DNA of 56,444 bases, the filler included, from Tortispora ganteri (Eukaryota), in the NCBI GenBank assembly GCA_003707115.1. It is 5 parts of 5 records of this genome, joined end to end, with 100 filler letters (N's around TTAATTAATTAA, not from the genome) between each part and the next. Parts side by side here need not be neighbours in the genome. Positions count along the whole stretch, not along the records: positions 1 to 1,016 come from PPNB01000236.1; positions 1,117 to 2,124 come from PPNB01000237.1; positions 2,225 to 3,226 come from PPNB01000238.1; positions 3,327 to 30,596 come from PPNB01000042.1; 1 more part is not named here. One strand, 5' to 3'. Shown here piece after piece: positions 1 to 10,963 of the stretch; within the stretch, counting starts at the first letter, position 1; every line of letters starts with the position of its first letter. The translations under genes were made by a program, and so were the position numbers. The notes under the pieces were generated by a model. The model ran no database searches. It was given only the letters and a program-made list of their open reading frames with translations, and was not told the origin of the DNA.

Positions 1-355
1 CAGTCGTTATAGGTTGGTAAAATAGGCTGCTTTAAGTTTGAGGAATAGATATAACTTTATCATATATAGTCTCTATCATATATAGTCTGAGTAATTGCGT
101 AGTTACTAAGAAAGCCAAAAACAAAGTTGGCCGCTCCTCGTTCAGATGCCCCGAACCTAGACGCTGCAAGGTTTGCTGCTGTGAATGCATAAAAAGATAC
201 AATTGAGTTATCTATCAGAATATAGCAAGGTAAGCAAAGTACTTTCAGGGTTACATGGCATAAAACCAGCCTATTGGAGTCAAGATGCCATATGTGCGAG
301 TGATCAGTGTACATTAAAGTTGAGGAGAGATTGACTAAATTTGTGTAACTCCAGA

Positions 356-1016
356 TCAACTGGAACCCAAAGGATAGAGCGAATCAATGCTTTCGGTACC
401 TTTAACGTTGATAGTTGTCGAAAAATCCAGTCTAATAGAACTCTCTAGATCGGATGTAGTTGCTCTACTAAGATAAACAAAACGAAAGGGATACCAAAAA
501 CTCTCCAGGACAACATTTCGCAGTAACGGAGATGTAAATTCACGTGTTGACCCGGGCTGAACTTCGATTCCAGCCATGACCATAATAGCAGGTTGATTAT
601 CCCCTATTGCACTGATATTATTGCACTTCATAGCTGAATCTCCCAAAAAGCTAAACGTATTTATATGATACAAATTCACCATCGAGCCCTTATTATGAAT
701 TATAGACACAACGGAGGGACTATCCACCGATTGATCCGGACAAATATATGCTAGAAGTTCGTATAAAACCCACTTTATCTGTGCCTCAAAAGTGGGAAAC
801 CTAAATTCTGTGTTATATATACTAACATTCTCCTGACTTCGAGATTCCAGTCTATACATGCCGGCTGCAATGTAATCTTGATCCCAATCTTCAGCAATTG
901 TAGGATACACGGCAAGGTACGCTTCATCAGATGGGTAATCAACAGAGCAGCAAGCTGAAGCAGGCACTTGTGTAGGACATTGAGAAGAGGAGGAGAAGGA
1001 GGAGGAAGAAGAAGAA
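356..1016 (-). CDS. C-terminal part of a Ser-rich adhesin/flocculin-like protein with a putative PA14/GLEYA-like domain (partial, runs into gap)
   Basis: Frame is open from the contig edge (...SSSSQCPTQVPASACCSVDY...) to the stop at 356. FWYPFRFVYLS resembles the YYPIRIVY strand of flocculin PA14/GLEYA domains. Domain call is by eye. Confidence 0.55.
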
Positions 1017-1116
1017 NNNNNNNNNNNNNNNNNNNNNNNNNNNNNNNNNNNNNNNNNNNNTTAATTAATTAANNNNNNNNNNNNNNNNNNNNNNNNNNNN
1101 NNNNNNNNNNNNNNNN
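1017..1116. other. Artificial contig linker (N44-TTAATTAATTAA-N44)
   Basis: 100-nt N run with a six-frame stop cassette at 1061-1072. Confidence 0.98.
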
Positions 1117-1337
1117 GAGAAGGAGAAGGAGAAGGAGAAGGAGAAGGAGAAGGAGAAGGAGAAGGAGAAGGAGAAGAAGGAGAAGGAGTAGGAGAAGGAG
1201 AAGAGGAAGAGGAAGACGGAGACGGAGAAGAAGAAGAAGGAGAGGAGGAAGAAGGAGAGGGAGACGGAGAAGGAGAAGAAGAGGAAGAGGAAGAGGAAGA
1301 GGAAGAGGAAGAGGAGGAAGAGGAGGAAGAAGGAGAA

Positions 1338-1371
<34 letters not shown>

Positions 1372-1520
1372 GAGAAGGAGAAGAAGAGGAGGAAGAAGGA
1401 GAAGAGGAAGAAGGAGAAGGAGAGGGAGAAGAAGAGGAAGAGGAAGAGGAAGAGGAAGAGGAAGAGGAAGAGGAAGAGGAAGAGGAAGAGGAAGAGGAAG
1501 AGGAAGAGGAAGAGGAAGAA
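1117..1520. repeat. Purine-rich (GAAGGA)n/(GAAGAG)n low-complexity tract encoding (SP)n and poly-Ser on the minus strand
   Basis: Seen directly in the sequence. Confidence 0.95.
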
Positions 1521-2124
1521 ATAAGTGAAAGTGTAGAATACTTCACATTATCGGATATGCTTGACAGTGGAAGCACAGAAACGGTCGAATAATTCGAGAA
1601 AAACAATGAGATATGCGATGGAGACTCAGAGGACGCGTCAGCGGTTTCTGAAGAGAATTCTGGTAGCAGAGAACTGTCAGAAGTAGTTCTTGAGATCGGA
1701 AGCACAGAGTTAGTACGATGAGAGCTTGTGATCGATTCATCAGACTTCAAACTATTCGTGGTTTGTGACGAGAATGCATTGGTAGAACGGAAGATCGGGT
1801 TGACATCGCCACTGGATTCTGTAGATTTCAAGCTATTCGTAGTTTGTGACGAGAATGCATTGGTAGAACGGAAGATCGGATTGACATCGCCACTGGATTC
1901 TGAAGATTTCAAGCTATTCGTAGTTTGTGACGAGAATACATTGGTGGAACGGTATATCGGATTGACATCGCCACTGGATTCTGTAGATTTCAAGCTATTC
2001 GTGGTTTGTGACGAGAATACATTGGTGGAACGGAAGATCGGGTTGACATCGCCACTGGATTCTGTAGAAGGAAATACTGTAGTGACAACTGTGGTCACGA
2101 CCGGGACTTCAACGCTAATGCTTA
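1117..2124 (-). CDS. Internal Ser/Thr/Pro-rich stalk of a mucin/adhesin-like protein (partial at both ends), probably the same gene as 356..1016
   Basis: Frame is open across the whole contig: SISVEVPVVTTVVTT, four 27-aa repeats, then poly-Ser/Ser-Pro that matches the Ser tract on the other side of the linker. Confidence 0.7.
1745..2068 (-). repeat. Coding minisatellite, 4 x 81 bp (STESSGDVNPIFRSTNVFSSQTTNSLK)
   Basis: Four near-identical 27-aa units in the ORF translation and in the DNA. Confidence 0.95.
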
Positions 2125-2224
2125 NNNNNNNNNNNNNNNNNNNNNNNNNNNNNNNNNNNNNNNNNNNNTTAATTAATTAANNNNNNNNNNNNNNNNNNNN
2201 NNNNNNNNNNNNNNNNNNNNNNNN
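2125..2224. other. Artificial contig linker
   Basis: N44-TTAATTAATTAA-N44. Confidence 0.98.
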
Positions 2225-2298
2225 TGAACATGGCTTTGTTCAAGGTTGGTGGAGTTGTGGGTGGACTACCCCCCACCCACCTTACCCAGTGAACCCAC

Positions 2299-3226
2299 AT
2301 GATTCCTCGACTGTCGCGGTTATACTCACCGCGTAGGCTTGGTGTGGCGTCTAACGCCACAAATCTGCTTATTAACCAAGGTTATATTCACAAGAATGCT
2401 TCTGGACTGTACACATTTCTACCGCTCGGTATGGCGGTACTATACAACATCCAACAAATCATTCGCGCCAACCTTGCCCACACGGGCGCCTCCGAAATCG
2501 CTCTGCCGACGCTCAGCGATTCCGCACTCTGGAATAAAACGGCCCGATGGCAAAATTCTGAATTATACAAAATCTCAGATCGTAATGGCAGACAATTTTG
2601 TCTTTCTCCAACGAATGAAGAAGACGTTACTGCTCTTGTCAAATCTACCGTCACCAGTTGGCGCGATCTCCCAGTATTGATCTACCAGATTACCAGAAAA
2701 TTTAGAGACGAGATACGGCCTCGTGGAGGACTTCTGAGAGCTAAAGAATTTCTCATGAAAGATTTGTACTCCTTCGATAGAACACGCTCTGATGCTATTG
2801 CCACTTATAATCGTATCCAGACTGCCTACAAATGCATCTTCGACCAATTCGCTGTCCCGTATGTGATCGCACAGGCCGATTCCGGCTCAATTGGCGGAAC
2901 TTTATCACATGAGTTTCATTTCCTACATGAATCTGGCGAAGACTCTATTGTCTCGTGCGATTCCTGTGATTATGCTGCCAATATTGAATGCGCCGTCGCT
3001 CGGTCTCCGGATCCCGTCCCGGAAGCAGAACAATCATACTTTGTCACACAAGACCGCAACACTTTAATCGTCGCCTATCATCCCCCTGAAACCGAAGTCA
3101 ACCCAATCCAAATTGCCGTTGAAGTATCCGATATTGACTTGGCAGTCGATGACCCGCTCCAAGCGTTTGTCGCCGCAGCAGACGAGAATCCCATGACAAA
3201 ACAGCTCATAAGACTCTTCGACAGAG
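2299..3226 (+). CDS. AIM10: Mitochondrial prolyl-tRNA synthetase (3' truncated by gap)
   Basis: Basic presequence MIPRLSRLYSPRR; bacterial-type ProRS motifs SGLYTFLPLG, LSPTNEE, KFRDEIRPRGGLLRAKEFLMKDLYSFD, ADSGSIGGTLSHEFH. Confidence 0.88.
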
Positions 3227-3326
3227 NNNNNNNNNNNNNNNNNNNNNNNNNNNNNNNNNNNNNNNNNNNNTTAATTAATTAANNNNNNNNNNNNNNNNNN
3301 NNNNNNNNNNNNNNNNNNNNNNNNNN
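3227..3326. other. Artificial contig linker
   Basis: N44-TTAATTAATTAA-N44. Confidence 0.98.
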
Positions 3327-4609
3327 TCTTTATCGTAATCTAATTCTGTGTTTTTGAATATCATCTCCTTTTCGACCTGCCAATCATCTTTCAAATCATG
3401 ATAAGAGTCTTTATAGCGTTGCGCGCGTATTTTTTTCATTTGCGCTTCTTTCTCACGTTCGATGCGCTCTTTTTCCATTTCTTTCATTCTCTCCAAATCA
3501 TCCGTACTAGGTTCGTACATGTGCCAAACAACATAATGAGGCAACCCAACAACAGAAAAGTGCATTTTACGACACATCTTCCCAAAACCTTCAGTTTCTG
3601 CGTGTTTTAAGAATGAGAAAGCAGGAAAATGAGCGCCGGCTCTGAAAACCCGCGCCTTAGCAAGAATCGATACACCACCGATACCATCGAGGTCTATTTC
3701 GACGTTCGGATCGCCATTTACATCACGCAAGTAGGCTAAATGAGGTCTCCATGTGGCATATTCGGCATAACCCTCGACAATGACCGCGTCTTCGTCAAGT
3801 GTATCAGCGAGCTGGAGAGCAGCCTCAGATTCTTGCCATGAGTTCAGATCGTAGGGTTGCATGCCTCCTAGCCAGTCGGGTAGAGGGCGCCAAATATTTG
3901 GCACAATTACATCTTTATTGTGGCTCATCAGGTCCTCGAGGATGGTGGGAGGACAAGTGTCAACATCGGCATCACGCCAGTAGACCCATGAATGGTCAGG
4001 TTCCAAGGCCGCAGATAGAAGCCAGTTACGCGCTCGTGCCATTAATTTTCTTCGTGGCCCTTGAGCTTCAAATCCGTGTCGGTCAGAGAAGCCCTGTCCG
4101 ATAGCTTGGCCAAAGTCTTTCTCGTAGACGTCAATAGTTCCAAAATGCATAGCTTCATTTTTGTCTGCTTCTATTTCCTCCAGATGGCGGAGCAGGATGT
4201 TCATAGTGCCATCTTTTGAGTCAGATACCAAAAATGCAAGGTCTATTAGGTGATGAGGGTAGGTAAGATTTCTGAGATGTGAAAAGAATAAGGGGATGAC
4301 TGGAGCGGCATCGCGCAGAGGTACACACATTAATATTCGTTCATTTCGTTTCCATCCTTCACCTGAGCCAACATACCTTGATAGATCAAAGAAACGCACA
4401 GATTCGGGGAGAGCAGGACCGGAGATCAGTTTCAGCATGCCGGTCGGTAGCGTTGATGGAAAGACGTATACGAACAACAGTACAAGACATACTGTCATAA
4501 CCACGAGCCGGCCGCGGTAAGAGGTACGTTTTGACAGCTCTGTGAATGGACTAGTAGGTTTGGAATACTTATCGCCATTTTTATGGCTATTGTAGGCGGG
4601 TAGCATCAT
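3327..4609 (-). CDS. ANP1: Mannan polymerase II subunit Anp1 (GT62), 3' end truncated by gap
   Basis: Type II TM segment; FSDRHGFEAQGPRRKLMARARNWL, WVYWRDADVD (DxD), PYDLNSWQES, EYATWRPHLAY. Confidence 0.92.
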
Positions 4610-5199
4610 ATAATAGAGGCTAGGAGGAGAAAAAAAATATAGAGAGAGCGCGTGTTGTGTGATCGATACCTGGCGAAGGGAGAGTGGGGTATTTTCTTTC
4701 GCTAATAAAAGAACAAGGCTAATCAGAAGGAAAAACTATGCAGTAACAAGAGAAGAAGTCACCAAGATCCAGTACAAATAACGATTAATAAGAAAAAGAC
4801 CCTGTTTCTCAAGTAAGCAAAGAAATAAAAGCCTTATTAGCCTGATGGTGACAGTAGCAAGTCAAGGGTGTTAAAATGAGAAACAAAGGAGGCTAAACTT
4901 TGAACCTTATTATAAATAGAATATATTTAAAAACTCTAATTCAAAACCAGAAGCTCTGATTGGCTTGCAGTTTAGTGCCTGATGTGAAGAATAAAAAAAA
5001 AAACCGTACTGAAATACTTCAAAACCAACATAATATTGTATTAGCAACTTTACATTAAATCCTTAAATTAGCGGGATATATGCAATGATATCGATGTGAT
5101 TATGCAGCAAATGCTGCGCGAGGTGAGCGTTCGAAAGATAGAAAGGGGTGAAGCGGTTTGCCTTTAGAGTAGTAGATCTAATCCCGCGAAGCCGTTTGT

Positions 5200-6333
5200 C
5201 TAAACAGCTTGTGTGCAGTAGTCAGCGTCGTCGGTATCAAGTATTCTTATGACGGGTTTCTCCCACATAGGCTCTGGAAGGCTTCTAAGATTGTTCAAGA
5301 TTGGACATATGTTCGACAGTCCAAGGGGTTGAATCTGAACTGGTTCGGGATCGAACTTTTTAGCAGCGACTAGTTTCTCAAAGGCCTTCCAGCATTCATT
5401 AACAGGCTTGTAGTCATCTGGATTGACCCAGAGGTCGGGAAAATGAGGAGAGTGATGATTCCTCACACAACTGAATGGGTTGACGAAAAACGCGTCAACA
5501 TCGCCTTTTAGGATTGCGGGGTCGATTGTGTGGACTAGGGCGAGTTTAGGCTTGTGGCCAATGAGTTTTGGTGAACCCAATGCCTGTTGGCACACATGGA
5601 CGGAGTCCTCTGTCGATTCGCAATCAAAAGCAAAAGCCAACTTAACGGTAAGCGCTTTTATATCTGCGATTACAGTTTCTGAGTACATGTCAAAGACATG
5701 TAGCGGGCCGAGGGCCTTTATCTTGTCCAGGTGCTGATGTGGGCCGGTTGCGAGCACTTTAAGACCATTAGACTTAGCGATTTTTATAGCAGTTTGTCCA
5801 ACAGATGTGGCAGCATTCCAAATGAGAATTGTACGTGGTTTGGAAGCCAAGACACCAGGTACGGGGAATCCCATACGTACATGGAGTCCCTGAAACACGA
5901 GCTGCAATGAAAGTCCCCAGGTAGCGGCGGATTCAAAGGAAATAAAGTCAGGAATTTTAGCAAACAAATGCTCGAGCATTATTGTGTACTCAGAGAAGGC
6001 GCCAAGTTGCGGAAATTGCGGATTGCTTCCGTCTACGAAACCGGCAACGCGGTCGCCTGGTTTAACACTGGTCACTTTAGATCCGACCTTGTCTACGACG
6101 CCTGAAGCCTCAAAACCGCCAACACACCCTTGAATATATTGCTGATACTCTGTTCCCCAGCTCCAGTCGGTTAAATTTATACCTGAGGCGACTACTTTGA
6201 CTCTAATTTCATACTCCCCAGGTTCCGGCATTATGCTGGCTTCAAGCGCTAGATCAGCACCGTAGTATTTTGCCGCCTTAATCACCCGTTTTGCAGGCTT
6301 CTCCACACTGTTTTCATCAATTTTAATAGTCAT
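5200..6333 (-). CDS. MDR-superfamily enoyl-reductase-like oxidoreductase (ToxD/LovC-like)
   Basis: VKVVASGINLTD, GFEASGVVDKVGSKVTSVKPGDRVAGF, GAFSEY, ILIWNAATSVGQTAIKIAK. Confidence 0.8.
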   Translation of the reverse strand: MTIKIDENSVEKPAKRVIKAAKYYGADLALEASIMPEPGEYEIRVKVVASGINLTDWSWGTEYQQYIQGCVGGFEASGVVDKVGSKVTSVKPGDRVAGFVDGSNPQFPQLGAFSEYTIMLEHLFAKIPDFISFESAATWGLSLQLVFQGLHVRMGFPVPGVLASKPRTILIWNAATSVGQTAIKIAKSNGLKVLATGPHQHLDKIKALGPLHVFDMYSETVIADIKALTVKLAFAFDCESTEDSVHVCQQALGSPKLIGHKPKLALVHTIDPAILKGDVDAFFVNPFSCVRNHHSPHFPDLWVNPDDYKPVNECWKAFEKLVAAKKFDPEPVQIQPLGLSNICPILNNLRSLPEPMWEKPVIRILDTDDADYCTQAV

Positions 6334-6816
6334 AACTATTTAGACGCAAGTAATACACCTTTTGTTTTTTTTTTAATTATTTCCGCACAGAATTGTAGCA
6401 AAGAAAAGAAGAGATAAATTCTGACAAACCTTTCACTTTTTAGCTTAATTTCTCTCAGCCTCCAGTTGCGTTGCAATAAAAACTTTAACTCTATTCCTAG
6501 TTATATTGTCGCTAATCTTGATTTTGTTGTTAATATTGAATATTATGTTCACGATATCGTTCGCTGGAATATTTTAGTTTTAATCATTTTTATTATTTTG
6601 TGATTGTTATTCTCTGCCAACTTTGACATCTGTATGGTCGTCTCCTTTACTGCCCCTTTTGGATAACATCTTCTCTCCTCTCCTCCCCGCACACTCCCAA
6701 AGCTAAGAAAGGCTTTCCTTAAAACAATACTTCTTATTGGCCCAGCACACTGCACAACCGCCTTTATTGGAGCGACAACCTTTGCGTAGATTTGATCACG
6801 AAAGAACTCTGTTCAC

Positions 6817-7866
6817 ATGCACTGTCTGCGATCTGCTACAAGATGCGTCATGTCTCAAAATAGACGGTACATTCGCATACAACCGCAATTTCTCGTCGAT
6901 ATGTACAACCCACGGTATACCTGGCTGACTGATGAGGAGGCGAAACAACGCTATAGCGAAGCCGAAGACCACCTGCATCACTGTAACCTCTGTCCTCACA
7001 AATGCAATGTTGATCGATACAAGGAGACTGGGTATTGCATGATTGGTGCGAAGGCACTAGTGTCAAATATAGGTCCGCACCTTGGCGAAGAATCATGTTT
7101 GATCGGGACCGGTGGATCAGGCACTATATTCTTCTCAGGCTGCAACCTGCGGTGTGTATTCTGCCAGAACTATGATATTTCGCATGTTGCACAGGGCGAA
7201 AAACTTGGGCCAGAAGAGCTCGCTGACTGGATGATCAAACTTCAGGATATTGGCAGGTGTCCGAACGTCAACCTTGTCACACCGGAACATGTTGTACCGA
7301 TAGTCGCGCAGGCAATACTTTGTGCGCGCGACAAAGGCCTTAAAGTGCCAATTGTGTATAATACGTCTGCATTTGATGCTTTAGAGAGTCTTGACCTGCT
7401 GCACAATTTGGTCGATATATACATGCCTGACTTCAAAGTGTGGGAGCCGAAAACCGCTGCTAGATTGCTCAAATCGTCAGCATACCCTGAACACGCAAAG
7501 CAAAGCATCAAAAAGATGCATGAACAAGTGGGCAATTTGAAATTTACCTTTGACGGTTTAGCACTTACTGGTGTTCTCGTGAGACATTTAGTCATGCCGC
7601 ACTATGTCGAAGAATCGAAGCAAATCATGCGATGGATAGCTGAAAACCTTGGGAAGGACACGTTCGTTCATATTATGGAACAATACTTCCCTCACGCACA
7701 TGTTGGCAAACCCAAACGTGGGAAAAGCAAAGACCCAAAAGATGTGCGGTATGCAGAGATTAATAGACCTATACGGTCATCGGAGTACGAGGAAGTTGTT
7801 GCAGAGGCGAAGCGTGTTGGACTATGGAGATTTGAAAATGCAGATGAATACGGTCTCTATGCATGA
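6817..7866 (+). CDS. Radical SAM protein, PflX-like (PFL-activating enzyme family)
   Basis: CxxxCxxC in GTIFFSGCNLRCVFCQNYDIS; N-terminal CNLCPHKC..GYC; NVNLVTP, VYNTS, DIYMPDFK, GVLVRHLVMP. Confidence 0.88.
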   Translation: MHCLRSATRCVMSQNRRYIRIQPQFLVDMYNPRYTWLTDEEAKQRYSEAEDHLHHCNLCPHKCNVDRYKETGYCMIGAKALVSNIGPHLGEESCLIGTGGSGTIFFSGCNLRCVFCQNYDISHVAQGEKLGPEELADWMIKLQDIGRCPNVNLVTPEHVVPIVAQAILCARDKGLKVPIVYNTSAFDALESLDLLHNLVDIYMPDFKVWEPKTAARLLKSSAYPEHAKQSIKKMHEQVGNLKFTFDGLALTGVLVRHLVMPHYVEESKQIMRWIAENLGKDTFVHIMEQYFPHAHVGKPKRGKSKDPKDVRYAEINRPIRSSEYEEVVAEAKRVGLWRFENADEYGLYA

Positions 7867-8012
7867 GTGCAGACTAATGATTATGATAAAACGAATGAAT
7901 GACTATGCATAAGAAGTATAAATGAGTGTATGAGAGTGAGAATGAGAGTGAGAGCGATATTAAGAAAACCGCGCTCTATTAATATACAATGTATTTGATA
8001 GACTGTAATAGC

Positions 8013-8933
8013 CTATAAGAAGTACTCCGCAATTGGTTTTTTCGAAGGGAGCTCCATGCCCTCGCGGACGACAGCCTCAAATATGTCATAGGTCCGGGAG
8101 AGGTCTTCGCCGATATTGAGAATGGATGCGACGTTGCCGCAGCGGTAACAGTAATTCGGCGCACTCCAGACAGTAACTATTTGGTTATCGAACATCTCCT
8201 TGTAGCCTTCCATGACGAGCTGGTGCGCTCGGGCTATTAAGGAGACCGAATTTCTGTGATTGAATTCCGAGACTTTGTCTGCCCCAAAGAGGTAGCCGGC
8301 ACCTCTAGGTGACTTTGACCAGCCGGATATATCGTCAGGGTCTGACCACAAAAGATCACACATAGCGCCTTCATGTGGAACTTCCTGTTTTCTGTCGAGC
8401 AAACGAATCTGATCAATAGTGTGCACGGCAGGCGATAGTCCGCCGTGAATGCAGAACACACCGTCTTCTCCGCCGATGAGCGCTCCCAGCGACAGACAAT
8501 CAAAGACATTACAGCACCATCGCCATACTGTAGGCGAGCCGTATTTGCGTATACACTCTTCGTAAAACCCATAAACAGTTGTAATCTGGCGCGACTCGTG
8601 ATTGCCGCGTATAAGGGTCATTCTATCGGGCCAGCGTATTTTGAGGCACATGAGTAACAGGAATGTCTCCAACGAATAGAAGCCTCTATCGACAAAATCT
8701 CCTAAAAATAAATAATTCGTATCTGGAGGTTGACCACCGACTTCAAAGAGTTGTAATAGGTCGTGGAACTGACCGTGAATATCCCCACATATAGTTACCG
8801 GAGGCGTCACATACTGTAGATTACTTTCATTCATAAGAATTTCTTGTGCTTTAAAACACAATTCTTGTACATCTTCTTCAGGTAGTAATTTACAATCGCG
8901 TAGATTTTCTATTGCGCGGTCTACGTCGCTCAT
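8013..8933 (-). CDS. PPH3: Protein phosphatase 4 catalytic subunit
   Basis: [49 protein letters not shown]-terminal YFL; ATG at 8933 (the ORF track starts at an upstream GTG). Confidence 0.9.
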   Translation of the reverse strand: MSDVDRAIENLRDCKLLPEEDVQELCFKAQEILMNESNLQYVTPPVTICGDIHGQFHDLLQLFEVGGQPPDTNYLFLGDFVDRGFYSLETFLLLMCLKIRWPDRMTLIRGNHESRQITTVYGFYEECIRKYGSPTVWRWCCNVFDCLSLGALIGGEDGVFCIHGGLSPAVHTIDQIRLLDRKQEVPHEGAMCDLLWSDPDDISGWSKSPRGAGYLFGADKVSEFNHRNSVSLIARAHQLVMEGYKEMFDNQIVTVWSAPNYCYRCGNVASILNIGEDLSRTYDIFEAVVREGMELPSKKPIAEYFL

Positions 8934-9085
8934 CACGACCCCTAATTGTAGAAACCGTGGGTGTTTTTTCGTTGGTTAAGGTTGCAGATTTTTCCCGGCC
9001 GCCAAATCCGGGGCCAGACGGCTAATGAGCCAATAATAAATAAATAACTAAATTAAATTATATATAGATATATATTTTATATATT

Positions 9086-10348
9086 TTATACTGCTACGAC
9101 ACGTTCCTTCGCGAGCAGATCAATCAGCAGGGGACTCGGTGCAGTGACAGAGCCAGAAGGCTTGCACTCCTTAAGCAGTTCAATGTACCTGTCAAACAAG
9201 AAAGACGAATCCTGAGGGCCACCCTTAGCTTCAGGGTGGAATTGCGTAGAGAAAATTGGTCGGCTCTTATGGATAATTCCTTCATTACTACCGTCATTCA
9301 AGTTCACAAAGTACTCGGCATACTCATTCTCTGGCAATGTCGCGGTATCAATCGCGTAACCGTGGTTCTGGCTAGTAATGTGGCATTTGCTTGTAGTAAG
9401 GTCCAGCGCCGGGATATTGTGTGCACGGTTACCATATTTTAATTTCACCGTCTTAGCGCCAGCAGCTAGTCCAAGAAGCTGATGACCAAGACAAATACCA
9501 AACACTGGTTTGTCGAAAGTTTTTAAGGTATCTCGCAAGTTGTGCACAGTAGAGAGACAGTGAGTTGGATCACCAGGTCCGTTAGAAATAAAAATTCCGT
9601 CAAAATGATGAGCAACTTTTTGAATCGGGTAGTCATACGGGAAAACAGTCACAGCAGCTCCACGAGAAACAAGTGATCGCAAAATATTCTCTTTAACGCC
9701 ACAATCAATAACTGCAACGTGAAACTCACCGCCTGGGCTAGGCACATGGAATGGCTGCGTAGTAGATACTCGCTGAACCAAATTCACAGCACCTGGATCA
9801 AAAAAGGCCTCATCTTGATCCGCATCATATTCCTCGCCAACAGTAATGCGACCAAGTGAAGAGCCTTGCTCTCGAAGATATGTCACAATCTCACGAGTAT
9901 CGACATCAGTGATCGCAGCGCAGCCTTCCCTCTCGCACCAAGAGGAGAGCGACTCAACTGCAGTCCAATGCGAGAATTTAAGGGCAACATCAGAAACAAC
10001 GATTCCCGAGCATTGAATTCGAGGACTTTCAAAATATTTCAGGAGCCCAAATTCGTCACGGGAAGAGCCAGACGGGACTCCATAATTGCCAATTAGTGGC
10101 TGCGTGAAAACAAGAATCTGACCACGGTAACTAGGATCGGTCATACTTTCAGGATAACCGACCAGCGCAGTGGAAAATACAGCTTCGCCACTGACATTCA
10201 CATTGGCGCCAAATGATCGTCCAGATAGAACAGGCCCATCACGAATAGTAAATGTGGCTCGATCTAATGAATTGTACGTGCCAGAAGCGGCAGTAGCAAG
10301 AGTTCGTTTACAAGTTTTTAATGGTGTTTTCAATGTGAACCTGAGCAT
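9086..10348 (-). CDS. CPA1: Arginine-specific carbamoyl-phosphate synthase small subunit, with a mitochondrial-presequence-like N-terminus
   Basis: [30 protein letters not shown] (catalytic Cys), QFHPE; ATG at 10348 ([18 protein letters not shown]). Confidence 0.95.
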   Translation of the reverse strand: MLRFTLKTPLKTCKRTLATAASGTYNSLDRATFTIRDGPVLSGRSFGANVNVSGEAVFSTALVGYPESMTDPSYRGQILVFTQPLIGNYGVPSGSSRDEFGLLKYFESPRIQCSGIVVSDVALKFSHWTAVESLSSWCEREGCAAITDVDTREIVTYLREQGSSLGRITVGEEYDADQDEAFFDPGAVNLVQRVSTTQPFHVPSPGGEFHVAVIDCGVKENILRSLVSRGAAVTVFPYDYPIQKVAHHFDGIFISNGPGDPTHCLSTVHNLRDTLKTFDKPVFGICLGHQLLGLAAGAKTVKLKYGNRAHNIPALDLTTSKCHITSQNHGYAIDTATLPENEYAEYFVNLNDGSNEGIIHKSRPIFSTQFHPEAKGGPQDSSFLFDRYIELLKECKPSGSVTAPSPLLIDLLAKERVVAV

Positions 10349-10404
10349 CTCCAAAGGTGATCAGATAAATAGTCTTGACTAGTTGTTGTACTTGCAAATC
10401 GCAT
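10330..10404 (-). CDS. Arginine attenuator peptide (AAP) uORF, 24 aa, [24 protein letters not shown]
   Basis: Manual translation. [12 protein letters not shown] matches the Neurospora arg-2 AAP core. It lies at the CPA1 5' end and overlaps the CPA1 ATG out of frame. Confidence 0.95.
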   Translation of the reverse strand: MRFASTTTSQDYLSDHLWRCSGSH

Positions 10405-10475
10405 AAAAATTGCACCACTTTTGGCTTTTTTGTGGTCTTATCAGAATTTTTTTTCTTAGAAAAAAGTTGTCAGTC

Positions 10476-10493
10476 TATATATCTATGACTCAC
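10476..10493 (-). promoter_or_regulatory. Gcn4/CpcA site TGACTCA (10486-10492) next to a TATATA element (10476-10481) upstream of CPA1
   Basis: Exact consensus about 80 nt upstream of the AAP start; arginine biosynthesis genes are known general-control targets. Confidence 0.7.
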
Positions 10494-10963
10494 TAACGAT
10501 CAATCGACCTTCCTAATACAATCGTAACCTCTTTCTGGTTAGCTAAACGTCACAAAATTAAAGATTAGCTACTATAATCTCAATAAATCGATATTTATTG
10601 CTTTTCTAAAAAAAACACAAGAAATAGCAGAATAGCAGAAATAGCTGGAAAGAGTTTAATGTCGTGCTCGGGGGTTTCCCATTCTTATAATATCAACTTT
10701 TTTTCTCAAGCGCTAAACTTAATAGTTCAACCAATCACAAATCGTAATCTCTTTACGGCAAACATATTAGTGTCTGCGGTCTAAAAACAACTATCTACTC
10801 AGTTACTACAAAATAATACAAATTTAAGCACAGACGGTTTAAATAATGTAATTAATAAAAAATCTTTGGCCTTCAATATCAGAAACAAGAACAACGATAA
10901 CCGATTGCAAAACGTTGCTGGGTACTTCGCTTTCTATATCGAGCGCTCTGGTCCCATATACAC

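Noticed and set aside
1061..1072. TTAATTAATTAA recurring at 1061, 2169, 3271 and 30641
   Set aside because: Each copy is centred in an identical 100-nt N block: an assembly linker, not biology. ORF ends reading ...LIN are artefacts, and adjacency across linkers is unproven.
1728..2124. Plus-strand ORF with repeated LTSPLDSVDFKLFVVCDEN; CRISPR-like periodicity
   Set aside because: Antisense shadow of the 81-bp coding repeat; no unique spacers and a eukaryotic context
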